DNA from: a virus
Length of the DNA stretch: 64,000 bases
Strand: one strand, 5' to 3'
IMG/VR virus record: IMGVR_UViG_3300027762_000294
Span: 11,469-75,468 of that record
Positions within the stretch are counted from its first letter, which is position 1, and every line of letters begins with the position of its first letter. Positions 18,478 through 33,400 of the stretch are shown piece by piece. A model generated the notes under the pieces. That model saw nothing but the letters and a program-made list of their open reading frames with translations, was not told where the DNA came from and did no database searches. A program made the position numbers and the translations under genes.

Positions 18478-21400
18478 TCTCTCAGAAGCCTTGGGCGCCC
18501 CAATTTTATTGGTAGCAACCAAGGTTTTTATTTGCACATCTAATTGCCGTTCTAACAAATTTTCTACCTTATTCAAGTTTAGGTTATCGCCCGGCTGATT
18601 GACTTTCATAGGTTCAACCTTAATGCCATATTTACGTAGGACCTCAGAAGATTTAGGATCTACAATAATCTCCCCTTTATGAATTTCGGCTACTTGGTTT
18701 TCTGCAACATAGCTAGTTCCTACCTCATAACTCCCCATTGCCTTTAAGCGCTTTTCAAGCTCGGCTATATATACGTTATTCTTTTCACGAGCTTCGACAG
18801 ACCCTCCGAATAACGTTTTTCCATAACGCTGGGCACGGTCTAACTCATTCTTTAAAGCAGCAACATCAGTTTGGATACTCTTTGGTATCTGTACTTGTGA
18901 ACTCATAACTGCGGGTTGTACCGGGGTAACCTTAGGAGCTACCGCTGTAGAGGTTTGTTGTATTGATGCAACCTTAGTGACTGCCGCTATAGAGGTTTGT
19001 TGTATTGATGCAACCTTAGTGACTGCTTCTGTAGGGATTGTTGCATTGACATTTATGATAGGTGATTTATCTGCAATAACCTTTAACAACGTTGTCATTT
19101 CACGCAATTGAGTTAATTGAGATAAATCCGCCGGCGTTTCTCTCAATATAGCGTTCTCCACAACTCTTCCAAAATTATCAGGTAATAAATTAATTGATTG
19201 AGTTGTCTCTTTGGCAGTAGTTATAAGACTCTCAAAATAACCCTGATTTAGCAACAATATATTGGTGTTATCGATTTGAGCTTGCAATTTCAACAACTCT
19301 AAATCGTAAACCTTTTTACTCTCTCCCAATAATAAATTTAACTCCCTGTCCGTTTCTAACTTTAAAACACTCTCTTGTCTTTCTTGGTTTTCTCTGGTCT
19401 GATCCCGTAAAGTTATTAGTTCAGTTTTTAAGATTTCATTAAGCCTAGCTTCCTCAACTTTCAAGCTCTCATCTAAGGCGGCTAAGGCTGCAACCAAGGC
19501 ATCTTTTTCAGTTTGAACCTCCAACTTAACCTCATCCATTTTGACGCCCATATGAGCCGTGCCGTTAATTAATTCACGCAAAGAAATTAACTGGGCAGCG
19601 TAAGCTTCATTTGCTTCCATTTTTTTAGCTTCTGCTAAAGTCACATCCCCGCTTAATTTAGTAACATTGTCCGCACTAGCTTGAACATTTTCTAATTCTC
19701 TTAAGCGGGCAATATTTGAATGAAACGCCTCTATGTACTTATCTCCGCTGGCATAACCCTCCCGCATCAACCCATTATACTCTTGAATAAAGTCTATCTC
19801 CTTAGAATAGTCTTTGTTAGCACGGGCTGTTTGAATTTCACTCTTAATATAAGCTTCACGCTCTCCAAAACTTAAAGCCGCGTCTTCACTCATTGTCATG
19901 TTGTGAATTGTCTCTTTGGCTTTAGCCGCTATATCCTCAAGCATTTGTTTGTAATCGTCAAGGGCTTGTTGCTTAGCTGATAACTCCTCATCAATCATCG
20001 CTAATTTCTCTTCATGTTCTTTCTGAAGAATGTTATAGTACTCACTATAATTTTCCTCTATGATGTTGGAATCCGATATATTTTGAATTGAACTCTTCAA
20101 AGCTTGATAAGCAGTATCTTTTGAAGGTTGCTGATTTCTCAATTCCATAATCTGTCTTGTCAAATCCTTGGTCTTTCCCGCAAACGAATCTAAGATAGAC
20201 CGAATGTTTTCCATTTCTTGTTCTAATATGGCGATTTTAGAGTCACTTGCGTTTTGCAAAGTTTCCTTTTCTTTTTCAAGTCCCTTTTGGAAGTCTGCAA
20301 GATTATCATCACGAATTTTCTTTAGATTATCCACAGGTGACAATACAGGATCTAACTCGTTAATTGCGTTATTTATGGAATCCATAACCTCTTTGTTTTT
20401 ATTAACTAAGTCAGTATAGGCATCCATTAAGGATTGAGCTTTATCTTCAATCGCCTTAAACGGATTACTATCTGGAGTATTGTTCAAGGTTTTCAAATGT
20501 CCCTCTATTACGCCCCGTGTATTCTCATATGAACTCGTCAATTCATCAATTTTTGCTTTAAGTTTCTCTAAATCTAATTTAATATTCTCTAAGAATCGTA
20601 TGGGGTTTTCTAGATAGCTAGGCTTGACTTCTTCTTTGGTAACGTTGGTTATTGAACTCCGTAAATCATTTATTTCTTGGGTTAATCTTTCAATTTCGCC
20701 AACTCTCTCGGACAAATCTATTTTCTTTGGCGCTGTGTAACTTTCAATAGTAGATATTAAGGTAGTGTTTTCCTCTGCTAATTCTACCCATGGCTTAAGC
20801 AACTCTTCAACGCCTAACTTTATCTGAGTACTATCCAGCCCATCTTTACTCATAGAATTGATAATTCCATTCAAATCGAAATTATTCTTACTTGTGTAGC
20901 TTTTATACATCGTGATATCAGGGGTTTGAGGTTTGATTAAAGCGTCTGTAACAAGCCCATTCATTTCTTCAAACCAACTTTTTGTCGATTCAATGGATGA
21001 CTTAACAGTGTCTAAACTCACGTTGTATTTTTCGCTTAAATTAACAATATCCGAATATTCAAGAAACTTTATGTCTTTTAGTTTGCTTGGGTCAATTAAC
21101 TCTTCTGAAGTTTTGAGAGATTTCAACCACTCAACGTGCCCTTTCTTAACTTCCAATATTTGTTGCCATTCTTGGAATTCTTCATTAGATGGCAGCGCCC
21201 CGTTAATCCAAGAAAGGAAAGTATTTTTAAAGCCTATGCCTATCAATTTTGGGTCGGTTGTGTCAAATTTAACCTCGTCGTTTATAAACCCTGCAAAGGA
21301 GTCTGTCACTGCACTTTTTATTTCATTGAATCTGTCTTTAGTGCGTGAAATTTCAGTCTGAACTTCCTCAATTGTTAAGTTTAACGTCTCGGCTAAATGA

Positions 21401-24400
21401 TGGATTCTTTCAATAGACAGATCACCAAAATCACGAACCGATTGGATAACCAAGTTATCATCTCCTGTTGACAACATGTCCTTTTTCCAGTTCTCAAATT
21501 CAACATTGAAAGAAAACGCTTCTGTAAGTTTATCAATTTCAGATTGAGTCGGCAGGTTATTTCTGAACTCAGTGGCTTTAGCTAAGAGGGCGTCTTTATC
21601 CAAAAGGGTGTATGTGTTAAACGCGTCATCCCCTTTAAACTCCTTAACAGCCTCATCTAAAGATTTAGTAGTGTCTAGCAGCCAAGTCAAATATGTATCG
21701 GTGGCAGAGCTCAAATCGTCTAAATTAGCATTTCCAAATTTTTCAATTACGTCAGTACCTTTCAAACTTTCAAGGCGATTTCGCATTTTGTCAACTGAGG
21801 TTATCCCCTCATTTCTGAAATACGTTTCAACTTCTGGGGGCTTATCACCCTTAAGTTTTTCTATTGATGTCGTTAAGAAGTCGTCAAATTGTTTTTGTCT
21901 TTCTAAAGCAACTTTAGCCTTATCTTGGATAAAATCATAAACCTCAACAGGAGTCTTCTCTAATGAATTGGCTAAATCGATTAACCCTAGCTCACTCAAA
22001 GACAGCGCATCTTTGAGAACTGTGAACCCGCCGCGCATATCCCAAGTCTCATCTAAAGATATTTTCCCATGGTCTTTCATTGATTTACGCAAATCGATTA
22101 AATCTTGGAAAGAAGCAATTTGTGTAGATGCTACCTCTTCTAAACTACTTTTCGCATTTTCGAGTTCAGTGGTTATGTTTTCTAGAGATATTCCATAAGT
22201 ATCTGAAACATATTTTATTTGTTCTAATGTAATAGTATTAAGTCTTTCCAAACTTGTGTAATCAAAATCGAATAATAGATTACTCACTTCAATCGGCTTT
22301 GGCTTTTTAAGGTTATCCAGTTTATTTTGTAAATCTTCTAATTCTGAATTATAATCCTTAACCACATTAATGACTGTAGTTGGGTCCAAACCTTTAGCAA
22401 GTAAAATGTTTAGGTTATCTGCAGTTGCTTCCCAGTTCAAACCTAATTCTTTTAAAGCGTCATCAATAACAGGAGGCTCTGTTTTTCTAAGTTCGTCTTG
22501 AATTTTTAACAGAGACAACTCAATAGGTTCTTTAAAATCTTCAAGTAATTTACCCCCTAACAAATCACTAAGTTTACCTTTATCAACAAAAGAAGAAGAT
22601 TCTATGTAATCAGTAATATTGTCAAATGATAGGTTGTCCTTGATCTGATAATAATAAGTTTCCATATCCGATTCTAATTTTTTAACATCACGATTTTCAA
22701 ATACCGAATTCAATTGAGTATAAGTTTCCTTCACAACTCCCACAAGCTCGCTTAATTCTCCACTATAATTTGAATCTATTTTGAACTGCTCCCATTCAAC
22801 CAATGACCAATCAGTCAACATACTTTGGAGTTGAGGAAGCCCTAAAGTTAGACTAAATTTAGGAGTGCCAAGTTTGCTATCGTCAATGACTTTCTGAGTG
22901 TCTTTAATCCAAGCATTCTTATCGTCTACAGCTGCGTTAAATCTTTCAATGTCACTGTTATAAAAATCTTTTAAAGTAGCCAACGCATCCAAGTTAAGGA
23001 ATTGTGAAGATGTTAAATTCTTTAAAGGATCTATCTCTTCTTTCTTGGGTTGAATTGACACTTTGCTTAAATCTGTATTCTTCAACACTTCTGTAAGTGA
23101 TGCAACATCATTATTGTAAACTTTCAACAACTCTGAGAAAGTCTCGTATGTCTTAGCATTACTCCATTTATTCAATAAATCTACCGGTAATACAACCGGC
23201 TCTTTAACCTCTGCAAAAATATCAGCTAAGGGATTATTAGTTAACAACTCCATATTATTTTTAGATGCCAACATGAATGCTTCAAAATTATCAATCGTTT
23301 TGTTGGTTGTGAACTCAAATAATTCTTTATAAGGTACTTCCTCAGTAACACTATCGCTTAATAATTTGTCTACCTCTTGTAAAGAGTCTTTAAACGTTCC
23401 CAGCACGGCATAATTGTCAAGAGTTTTATCTCTCATAAATGTGATCAAAGGTGACACATCCATCACTTTAGATTTGTTATATGCTAACCATTCTTGATTA
23501 ACACCCATTATTTTGTTGCTAGCATCCGAGATAAATGAACTAACATCTTCATAGGGAATTATGCCTTCATACATCAAATTGGTTAAGTTTAGAGCATCAT
23601 TTGCTAGGAAAGATTCTAACTCGGTTAAAGATTTAGATTCAGTCCATTGAGATCCCTTTAAAACACCTGTCTTTGAATCGCCGATATCAACTCTAGCCTT
23701 TTCTAAAGAAGCGTCTATTTCTTTCATTTGTTTGATAAAATCACCCAATTGTGTATTGAATTCCTCTAAGCTCACACTAACATCAACTTGCTCAATCTCG
23801 TCAACTTTAGCTACAACATTTTTGTTTGCTTTTAACCAATCTTCAAAAGTTGACATATCTACCGCCTCAGGCATGGCAACAGAAAATTCATTCCAGAATT
23901 CACCAAACCCTGCCAACACCACACTTTGATGTAAATTCAACTCTTTAATTTTCTTATTGTTCTCGTCTATCATTGCAAACTGGGAGTTATAATCACTTAT
24001 GGAAAATTCCTTAATTTGTTCAATGTGTTCAGTACCATAAGGAGTTTTTGTGACTTGTGTCATCCCACCCGTAGCCCGAGCTTTCTCAATCGTTTCATTT
24101 ATAGATGCATTTTGACTTTCTAGTCTAACTCTGCGTGCTTTAATTACTTCGGCTTCTTTCTGTAAAGGACTTAAATCGCGTCCTTGTATTGTAGTATTAT
24201 TACCTTCTTCTTTACGTGCGGCTTCTTGTAATTTTTTAAAATTAGATGACCAAGTGTTAACCAGAGGGGTTAATCCTGCTGACAAATCTATGGTTGGTCT
24301 CAATTGTTCCCAAAACTTTCTTTGTTGATTAACACCGGCATTCGTTATTTCTTTAAACGCGTTGATAAAAGCCTCATGATCGCTCTTAAGACGATCCGCT

Positions 24401-27400
24401 TCTTCTTTAGCCCGTGTTGCAGCGTCCTCTCTAGCTTGTTGGTCAGCTTCAGCCTGTTGTTGTCTCGCATCTTCAGCAGCTTCTCTAGCCTCTTCAGCCC
24501 GTTGTGTATCAGCCTCTGCCATATCAGATTGGTTAGACGCGGCTTGAGCTTCATCTAATTGTTTACGAGTACGGGCATCTATTCCCACACTTGTAGCTAC
24601 GGGGCGTAAATCATCCTTAATTGATGACACAGTTGTCGCAAATTCTAACATTTGCTTTTGAACTTCAGGGTCGTTTAAAACTTGTTGCGTTATACTAATT
24701 ACCCCTTTAACTTGGTCTACAATTGATGCCAGAGAATTAGCAGCGGCTAAACCACCTGTTGTTAAAGCAGTCCCAGCAACCTGTCCACCCATCATCATAT
24801 CGATATTACTACTCATCAACGGACTAATGAAATTATCTTGTATTATAGTAGATATTTGTTCAACACCTGCATTGAATATAGCCTGATTCATTTGTTGCGT
24901 TATAGCCTCTGGACCTGATTCTTCCCAGTTTGTTAACATCGCACCCCAATCTAAATTAGAAAGTGAAGATTGCATATTTGCAGTTAACTTTTGAGAAGTG
25001 GTACCATATTCACTTAAGGCATTAGTCAACCCTGGAGTCAAGGAGGACAATTCTTTGAATTCTAAAGATAATTGATTCCAGTCAGACAGAGAATCTATAC
25101 TGAAGTCTTGTCCTGTAAATGCTTCTGCTAAATTTTCATATTGTGTTAAAATTGAAGACGATGTTAAATTATCCTTAACTCCTAATTCACTCAAGTTTGC
25201 ATAAAATTGTTCAACATGATCGGCGGCGTTTATTAGCGAGTTTTGTCCGGTCTCATCTAAAGAGTTAAACACGTCTATAAACCCTGCCTTTGTTAAAGGT
25301 AACGATTGACCCAATGAAGAGAATAAGTCACTCAAATCTTGGAACGGTTTAATATTGTCGGTTGTTTTGAATACATCAATGAACTTATTTAATTTTTCAG
25401 TCCCAAAATTATCTAGATCCCCGGTTTCAAAATCACGGTTGAAATTGGTAGATTGATTGATCTCTTTCAACATATTCATTGATTCAAAATACTGTTTTAA
25501 TTCTGTACCTGCGTTAATAAGATTTTCTCTACCATCTGTAATTGTCTCAAAGAAACGACTCACATCCCCTATGCTCTTTGGTAACTCTTCACCAGCATCT
25601 TCAAAAATATCAGCTACAACTTTGTTGCTACGTGTATAATTTACATCCCCAGATTTACCCACAAGCTCTAAAAAATCAGTTAAGTTTTGTCCAGTGTCAA
25701 TATCATCTGGATTTATGTCTCCCATAGTTAACCCAATCTTTTGATAAAATTTACCTAAGTCCACAAGTCCTTTCAATTTCTCTTGCATGTCCTCTGCAGT
25801 CATCATTTCATCGTCAATCAAAGTTAGAGAATCGGTTATTGTTTTGTCGATTATTTTCTTTAACCCTGCGTCCATTATGTCGTATTCCCCACTTGTTAGG
25901 GATTCTGTTATAATAGCACGGCTAGTTTCTAATTGTTTAACAATAATCTCGGCAGTCTCTTGTCCTATATCACTATAACCAGCAGTTTTCATGGCTGCAA
26001 TTACCGAGTCCACATTAACCTCAGTTAAACCACCCAAGGCAGAGGAAAACTTCTGAACTAAGGCTTCGCCACGGGGCATCTTGGACAAGGCACCATCCCA
26101 AACTGACATTCTATTTTTGATTCCTAAAGTACCATCATTTAACTGTTGAGCAATGACGTTATATGTGTCAACCATACCGTTAGTCATATTCTCACCAGCA
26201 ACAGTCAAGTTATTGAAGTAATAGCTCAAAGCTGTAGCTTTAGATAATTCCTCCATTTTGTTATTCCAGGCGTCCTGCTCACTACCACGATCATACATAG
26301 ATGAGATTGTGAACGTATGCCCTTTTAACTTCTCATTAGCCTCACTGTAGCCTCCAATTAAAGATGAACCGAACTCCTCAATAGATTTTTTGAGAGCCTC
26401 AAATGACTTGTTAAGCTCTCTCATTTGCGCCCCAGATAACTCTTCATATTCCTCTTTTGTCTTTGTGCCTCCCAGTCCTTTTTTGCTCATTCGATTTACT
26501 GTCCGAGCAGTAACACCTTCGTCTGAAATTGTTTTCTCAGTCCATGAGGCTTCCTTCTCATATTTGGCTCCTAATTTTCCTAATAACGCATTACCTAAAA
26601 TTTGAATTGCAGGACCCGCTATTTCTTTAATTCCAGGCGGTAACATTGTTGCAGCAGCAGTACTTAAACCTGCAACAGCAATACCTCCAAATTTTTGAGT
26701 ATTACTGGCTCCAGATTGAGTGATAGATGATAATGCACCCAATGCAAAGTTTTGCCAAGCTCTTTTAACGTCTTCACCTCTTTGTAAGGATGCTGCTATT
26801 TCAGCATCTTGAGCTTGCTTAGATAATTCAGAATGTGTCAATGTACTTTCCAAGAAATTAGCATTCGCCTCACTGTGTGCCTCTAACACCGATTCTAAAG
26901 CCTTACCTTGATCCTGACCTACCTTATACAAAACCTCGTCTGATTTTTTCTTTTGGTCTTCTATCAGTTTCAACTGGTCATTCATTAAACTAGCTTGTTG
27001 CTCACCAGCCTCTCCTATACCTTTCATTTGTTCTTTGAACGGTGTTAAATCAACGTTTTTAAATGCGTCTATTGTGGGATCATTTACAGCTTTAACCATT
27101 GGATTGACAACAAACAACTTATTCTTTTCTTGTGCTTTCATCCAATCTTCTAAATCTGTTTTAATAACTCCCTTCTTAGAAGAAGAAGACTCCGTAACCA
27201 TCAATTTATTTGTAACTGCATCTTTAATGACCATGACAATGTGGTCAATATCTTTATCAATGTTGCTCCCTGCACGGGCACGACCCCGGCTATAAGCTCT
27301 ATCACCATTGTCAATTCCTATAATGTCGCCTTCTTTAAGTGTATTAGTTAAACTAGCATGTTGTCCCACATCGCTAATTTTAACATTACCTGTTGCGTCA

Positions 27401-30400
27401 GCAATATTTTGAATGATACCATGAGCTGAATCTTTTACTGCTTTAAAATCCTCAGGTCCAAACACCGTTTTCCCTGCTTGTGAATTAATAGTCTCAAAGC
27501 TCTTTTGTGCCAGCAAAGATACCCAACCACTGCAATCAATTTTCTTAACTTCTAATAGCTTCTCCATACTTTCGGGTTTGCTATAATTAGAAATAGCATT
27601 CTTACCTGCGTTGATAAAATAACCAACTTTAGCAGACATCGCTTTATCGACTTCTCCACTTAAGTTGTCTAACAATGCTGTTTTGGTATTGGTTACCACA
27701 ACAGGAGCTGCCGTTTGTATTGCCCCAACTGATTCTTTTAAGCCTGCCTCGTATTTCTTGAATTCGATAGGAACGGGCAATTTTTCCCATTTACCGCCCC
27801 ATGATTTTAACCAAGCGTCAGATAAAGCTCTAAGGTCACTCCCATACCCCAACTTATTTTGTTTCAAATATGCGGCGGGTATGTTTTTTATTAGATATTC
27901 TTTGGGCACTTTTCCTGTTCTACCCATTAATAAATTTACAATATTTTTAAATCCTCCAGGACCTTGGTTGTGCATTCCCCAAGCCATTTGACCTTCTTTA
28001 ATCCCCAAATTTCTAGCTTCAGACATCGTCTTTGTGCCAACTGTTTTTTGATTTTTGAAGTAATATTTCATGGCAGCTTCTGCACTTTTGTAAGGATCAT
28101 ACCGCCCACCGGCAAAGTCTCTCATGCCTACTTCTTCCCAAGCTGGTTTTCCCATTTGATACACACCATAATAACTACCCTTGCCACCCCCACTTCGTGC
28201 TTTTTTATTAAAACTAGATTCCAAAGATGCCTTTCTTGCAAATTCAATAGGATTGATTCCATAAGCCAATGAAACTTTTTCTATAGCTTTAATTACTTCA
28301 GGATCTATTCCTGATTTATAAACCACCTTACCTGTAATCCCAGCAACAGGTCCTCCTTGTGGTGTAAATTCACTATCACTTGATTCAGAACTTGATCCAG
28401 AGTAAGATGATGAAGAATTAGCTACATTAATAACCGCGTTTTGTATGTCAAAAGTTTTTGGTTTATTTCTTTCAATCTCTTCTAAAGTTTTTATCATTTC
28501 ATCTAAAGGATCAACTATATCAGCCGGTTTCATTTCTTCTAAAGGAGCTAAATATTTCTCTGTGTTTTTCAAAGGCTCCATTATAGCCTTATCGATTAAG
28601 TCCTTCACACCGCCAGTAGCTGCCCCAAAAGCATTTTTGATTGATGTTACATCTGGGTTAGCTTGTAATAATTTGGTAGCCTCGGCAATAACATCTTCTT
28701 GACCATTACCGAATTCTTTAAACCGCTTTTCGATTTCTGTGATGTTAAATTTAACCTTTTCCAAAGTCTTTGTGTTCAACGGGTTACCTTCAAATATCGC
28801 AACGTTTTTAAGTCTCTCTTCTATTACCTTTTTAGCACCTTCACTTGACGTTTCCAGGGCTTTACTTATAGATGTTAAGTCTGGATAAGCTGACATAATG
28901 TCATTTACTTCTTTTGTCAAGGCATCACTACCTTTAGCAACGTTTGTAAGTTCCGTTTTTGTTTTCTCAATTGGGTCTAATAAATTCGATTTCAAAACGT
29001 CTTGTAATTCTTTTGATGCTTTTGGTAAATTGTCAGTCATTGTTTTCATTGTGCCGTTTTCACTCAAAAACTTATTAGCTTCCTCAACAAGAGTCTTATT
29101 ATCACCAGCTACCTTTTGAATAATTTGATTCACAACCCCGGTGTTTACTTTTAAAGTCTCAATATCCTTAGGCTTGAGTAATGACGTGAATTCTTTAGTA
29201 TCAAATATCTTGTTAAAATCAATATCCATTTTGACTTGACCGGTTTCAATATTACCCAACTTAGATATATTGTTTTCTAATACTGACTTCATGTGTGCTG
29301 TTTGATTCTTTAAAGTTTCTAGCATAGCCGCTTGTTGGTCTTTTAGGGGATTTATGAAACTATCCTCCAATCCTTTATTACCTGCCTTTAAAGCTGCATT
29401 ACCGGCGCTTGCAATCTGTTCTCGTTCTTTAGTGAAACTGGTTAGAATTTTCTCACTACCTTGGTCACTAACTCCCTTCAAAGTAAGAAGTTGAGCATTG
29501 ATAAACTCGGTACTTTTTTCATTCAACGTTGTCAAATAATTCTGAAAATTAACTCGGTTTGTTTCAATCTCATTGGTAATTTCTTGTCCTCCGGACACAT
29601 CGTAAATTACAGGTTTCAATTGTTTCATCAAACCTTCTAACAAAAATGCGTTAAATTGTTTTTTGGTAAAATCATGAATAACTTTAACAGCGTCATCAAA
29701 ATTACCTGTGTCTAATAAGGTAGAGAAAAATGAAGAAACCGCTTCTGTAACTGAGTCAATCCAAGATCTGAACGATTCAATTCTACTTCCTAAGGAATTA
29801 TCTAACTCTGTGTTAAATTCTGCCCACGATTTAGTTAACTCATTTAACTTATTAAGGTCTTCACTTATGCTAGGGGCATGTTTTTTCTTGTTTTCATCTA
29901 ATTTTTCAAATTCGTCTGTGTACTCTTTCATCTTATTTCTAACATCTTTCACTGTTGCTGATTTACGCTCCGGTCTATCATCTGTTATATCCTTAACCGT
30001 TTTGAATATGTTAAGAGTATCCACTTCATTTACACCGGCTTTTAAGTCTTTCAACCCTTTGACAACATTCTTAACCTCGTCCCCATAAACTCGTGGGGCT
30101 TCCGGTTTGAATATTTCTGTGTTAAGTCTACCCATTCTAGACTTAAGCTGTTCAAATACATTCCCTATGTCTTCATCATTTTTACCTACATTCTTCAATT
30201 CTCGGATTAAATCAATCGTTTGTGTGATCTTGTCAACATCACCATCAACCTCAATTTTATAACTGAAAACGCGATCACTAAGCTCAAATATATCTTCTTC
30301 TTTAGTCATCCGTTTATTAGTAGCCTTCAAATGATCCTTCATTTTCTTGTATTCTTCAGATTGCCAACGCAACTGGTCATCCCACTTTTTAGACTCAAAT

Positions 30401-33400
30401 TTCTCAGTATCTTTGAGTTCAGTCAACAGAGATTTTCTCTTCTCATATTGCGCTGTAATTTGAGTTAAAGTGTTATACTGACGGGTCAATATTTCTGCAG
30501 ACTGCTTTTGGGCTTCGTTTAACTTAGATAAATCAACGTTGGGACCGAATAGTTGGGAGGATGTTTTTTCCCCATCGCGACTTTTACCGCTTAAATTTTG
30601 CTTCATATCCTCTAAAGAATTTTTTAAATTACCGCGCTCGGATATAAACTGGTCTATAAAGTTAGTTTCATTTTTTGCTAATGAGATCGTTTGGTTATTT
30701 AAGTATTCAGTTAACTCTATACGCTTTGAACTCAACTCATTAATCTCTTCTAATCGTGTCTTTTCCTTTTCCAGGATTTTGGTTTTCTTCTCTGCAACAT
30801 CTAAAGCTTGCTGTTGGCTTGCTGTCAGAAGCTCTCTGTTCAAAGCCATATCTCTAAGAATACCGGCGCCCTTCTCTTCTTCTCTACTAACAGCTAGGGC
30901 TCCTAATTCCCCCTGTGAAATCAAACCGGCTTTAAATCCTTGGTTTAAGTTAGTACCAACAGTATCTATAGGTTTAACTAACTCCTCTTGAAAAGCAGCT
31001 TTTTGTTTTAACAAATCGACGTCTTTAGTGCGAGCTTTATAATTTTGCAAAATTGCTTCTCGCTCTTCTTTGGTAGCCTTTACTAAATCAAGTTGGTAAT
31101 TTAATTCTCCGGCTTTTGTAGATAACCTTGCCTCCAATTCTGCTTTATCAAAACCAACGTCATTCAACTCGGCGATCATACCCACACTCCCGCCTTTCAA
31201 AGTGAGAATTTTGGTAAGTGAAGATCCTACTTCTGCTAAATTAAATTTCAACTCCTTAGCATACGAATTCTCTGCCTCGGACAACATAATCAATTGTTCA
31301 GTCTCTTCTTTTTTGGTTTGAATTGCTCTTATCTCCTCCTTAGATAAATTCAATCTGCCTGCCACTAACTCTAATAAAGCCCCTTCTCTTCCTAGTTGAA
31401 CGGCTGTTAATTTGTCAGTCTCTTCATTTAACATTTCTTGATAAATGACATTGCGAGCGTTATCGTCAACTGATAATTTAGGACTATTAAGTAGCGGCTT
31501 AAGATACTCTTGACTAACAGTTCTACCTAAAGAGGTTGTGGTAGACTGCTTATTTTCTAAATCCACAACTGACTTTAAAAATGACAACTCATCTTCTCTC
31601 AACTTAGCAGTTTGAATCAATTCTTCTGTTTTTTCCTTAGATAAATTCAAAGAATTAGCTTCAAATTTAATTAATCCAGTCAAAGAAGAAGTCATCGTTT
31701 TATACAAAACATTTGAGTGCTCTAATTCCTTTGTCCGTTCATAACTTTCAACATCAACAACCCCACTCTTAACCAAACCTGTCAGTTCATTCCCAACACC
31801 CTCGAAAATGTCAAAGTTTTTGAGTTTGGTTTGATATGCCTCTCTTAAATCCGCCTGATAAGATGATACTATTTCTTGAATCTCGTTTGCATCTTTTCCA
31901 AAGTTTGTTAACATGAGTTTTAATTTATCTAATTCACTCATTTTGTCGAAAACTTCAGATTTTATAGCGTTTCTCAATGTGGTCAGTTTATTTTGAATAA
32001 TGGTATTCTCTAATCCCGCGGCTTCGTCAGTAGATAAACCAGAATCTCCAATTGTATCTTTGTACAGAAAACTAGCTTTGACACTTTCATCACCAATGTA
32101 GTCGTATTCGCTATGCTTGAACTTGTTTGTTAGTTCGTATAACTCTTTTAATTTACCTTGAGACTCAATTTTTTGTTTAATTAAGTCAACTTCTTCTCTT
32201 GAAAACTTTAGTCGTTTAAAAATTAAGTCGTTAATGTTTGATTCGTTTGAAATGTAAGTTTTATAAGCATCTGCCGCCGACTCAATCATCATTGCCGAGC
32301 TTAAATCATATTTCAAACTTTCCCGTTCCTCATCGCTAAATATGTCCTTGTTTGTTAATTGGTTAGCTATGTTCAGTTTATCATTGTCAGATTCAACACG
32401 TTCTCGACTCATGTTTTTAGTTTTGTTTTTTAGTGTCATCATAGACCCTAAACTAAAAGCTTTAATTAAGCTATTCCTAAGCTCTTCCCCTTCCTTTTCA
32501 GTTCGGACCACCATATCCTTCATTTTTTCTGCTAAGAATTTCTCTTGCTCAGTGAGTCCCTCCATAACTTTCGATTGAATATGTTCAATCCCTATTTGCT
32601 GAGTTTTTTCGTATACCTTATAAACATCTTTGATATTTGTCAATGACGAGGGATCGACTTTAAACGTGGGTCTTAATACTAGATTCTCAGATAAAGATGT
32701 AATCTCCAGTTTGAAGAACTCCTTAACCGACTTTATTTTACCCAACATTTCGGCATGCACACCACCGGTCTCTCTTTTACCTACCCAATTATTTAAAAAT
32801 TTAGTGATTGGGTTGCTTTTGACTACTTCTGCCAGTTTTTCCAATTCCTTTTCAGAATCTTTTATCAACGTTGAACCGATCACTTGTTGAGAAGCCAATA
32901 ATGCTCGCTTTGTTTCAAGTTGTTTTAACTCCATTTGCTCTTCAATACTGTATTGCACACCTTTATATTCAATCACTTCTTTGAGATTTAAAATTTCGTC
33001 GTCTAACATCATTGTCATTTTCGCAACATTATCAACCCCCATCTTTGCTATTTTTAAAGATGCCGTGGGATCTATTTTAATCAAATCCTTTGCACTGGAG
33101 AATGAACTTGCTATTTTAGATTGAATATCTCCCATTACACCTAAAGAGAACTCTGTAGCACTTTCTAGTTTTTTCATCCCGTCTTCAATGCCCAAAAAAC
33201 CAACAACTTCCTCAACTGTTTTCCTGGATTGTAACTCAGTTAACTTAGCAGTTTGACTTTGAGTTTTTCTGCCCATAGAGGCAGTTTTTTTCAAAATAGC
33301 GTCTATCTCAAAATTGATTAAATTCTCCTGCTTTGTTATGGCATCCGCTGCATCATTTAAATCTTTGTACACTTTATCATCAAATCTTAAACCTGTTTTG

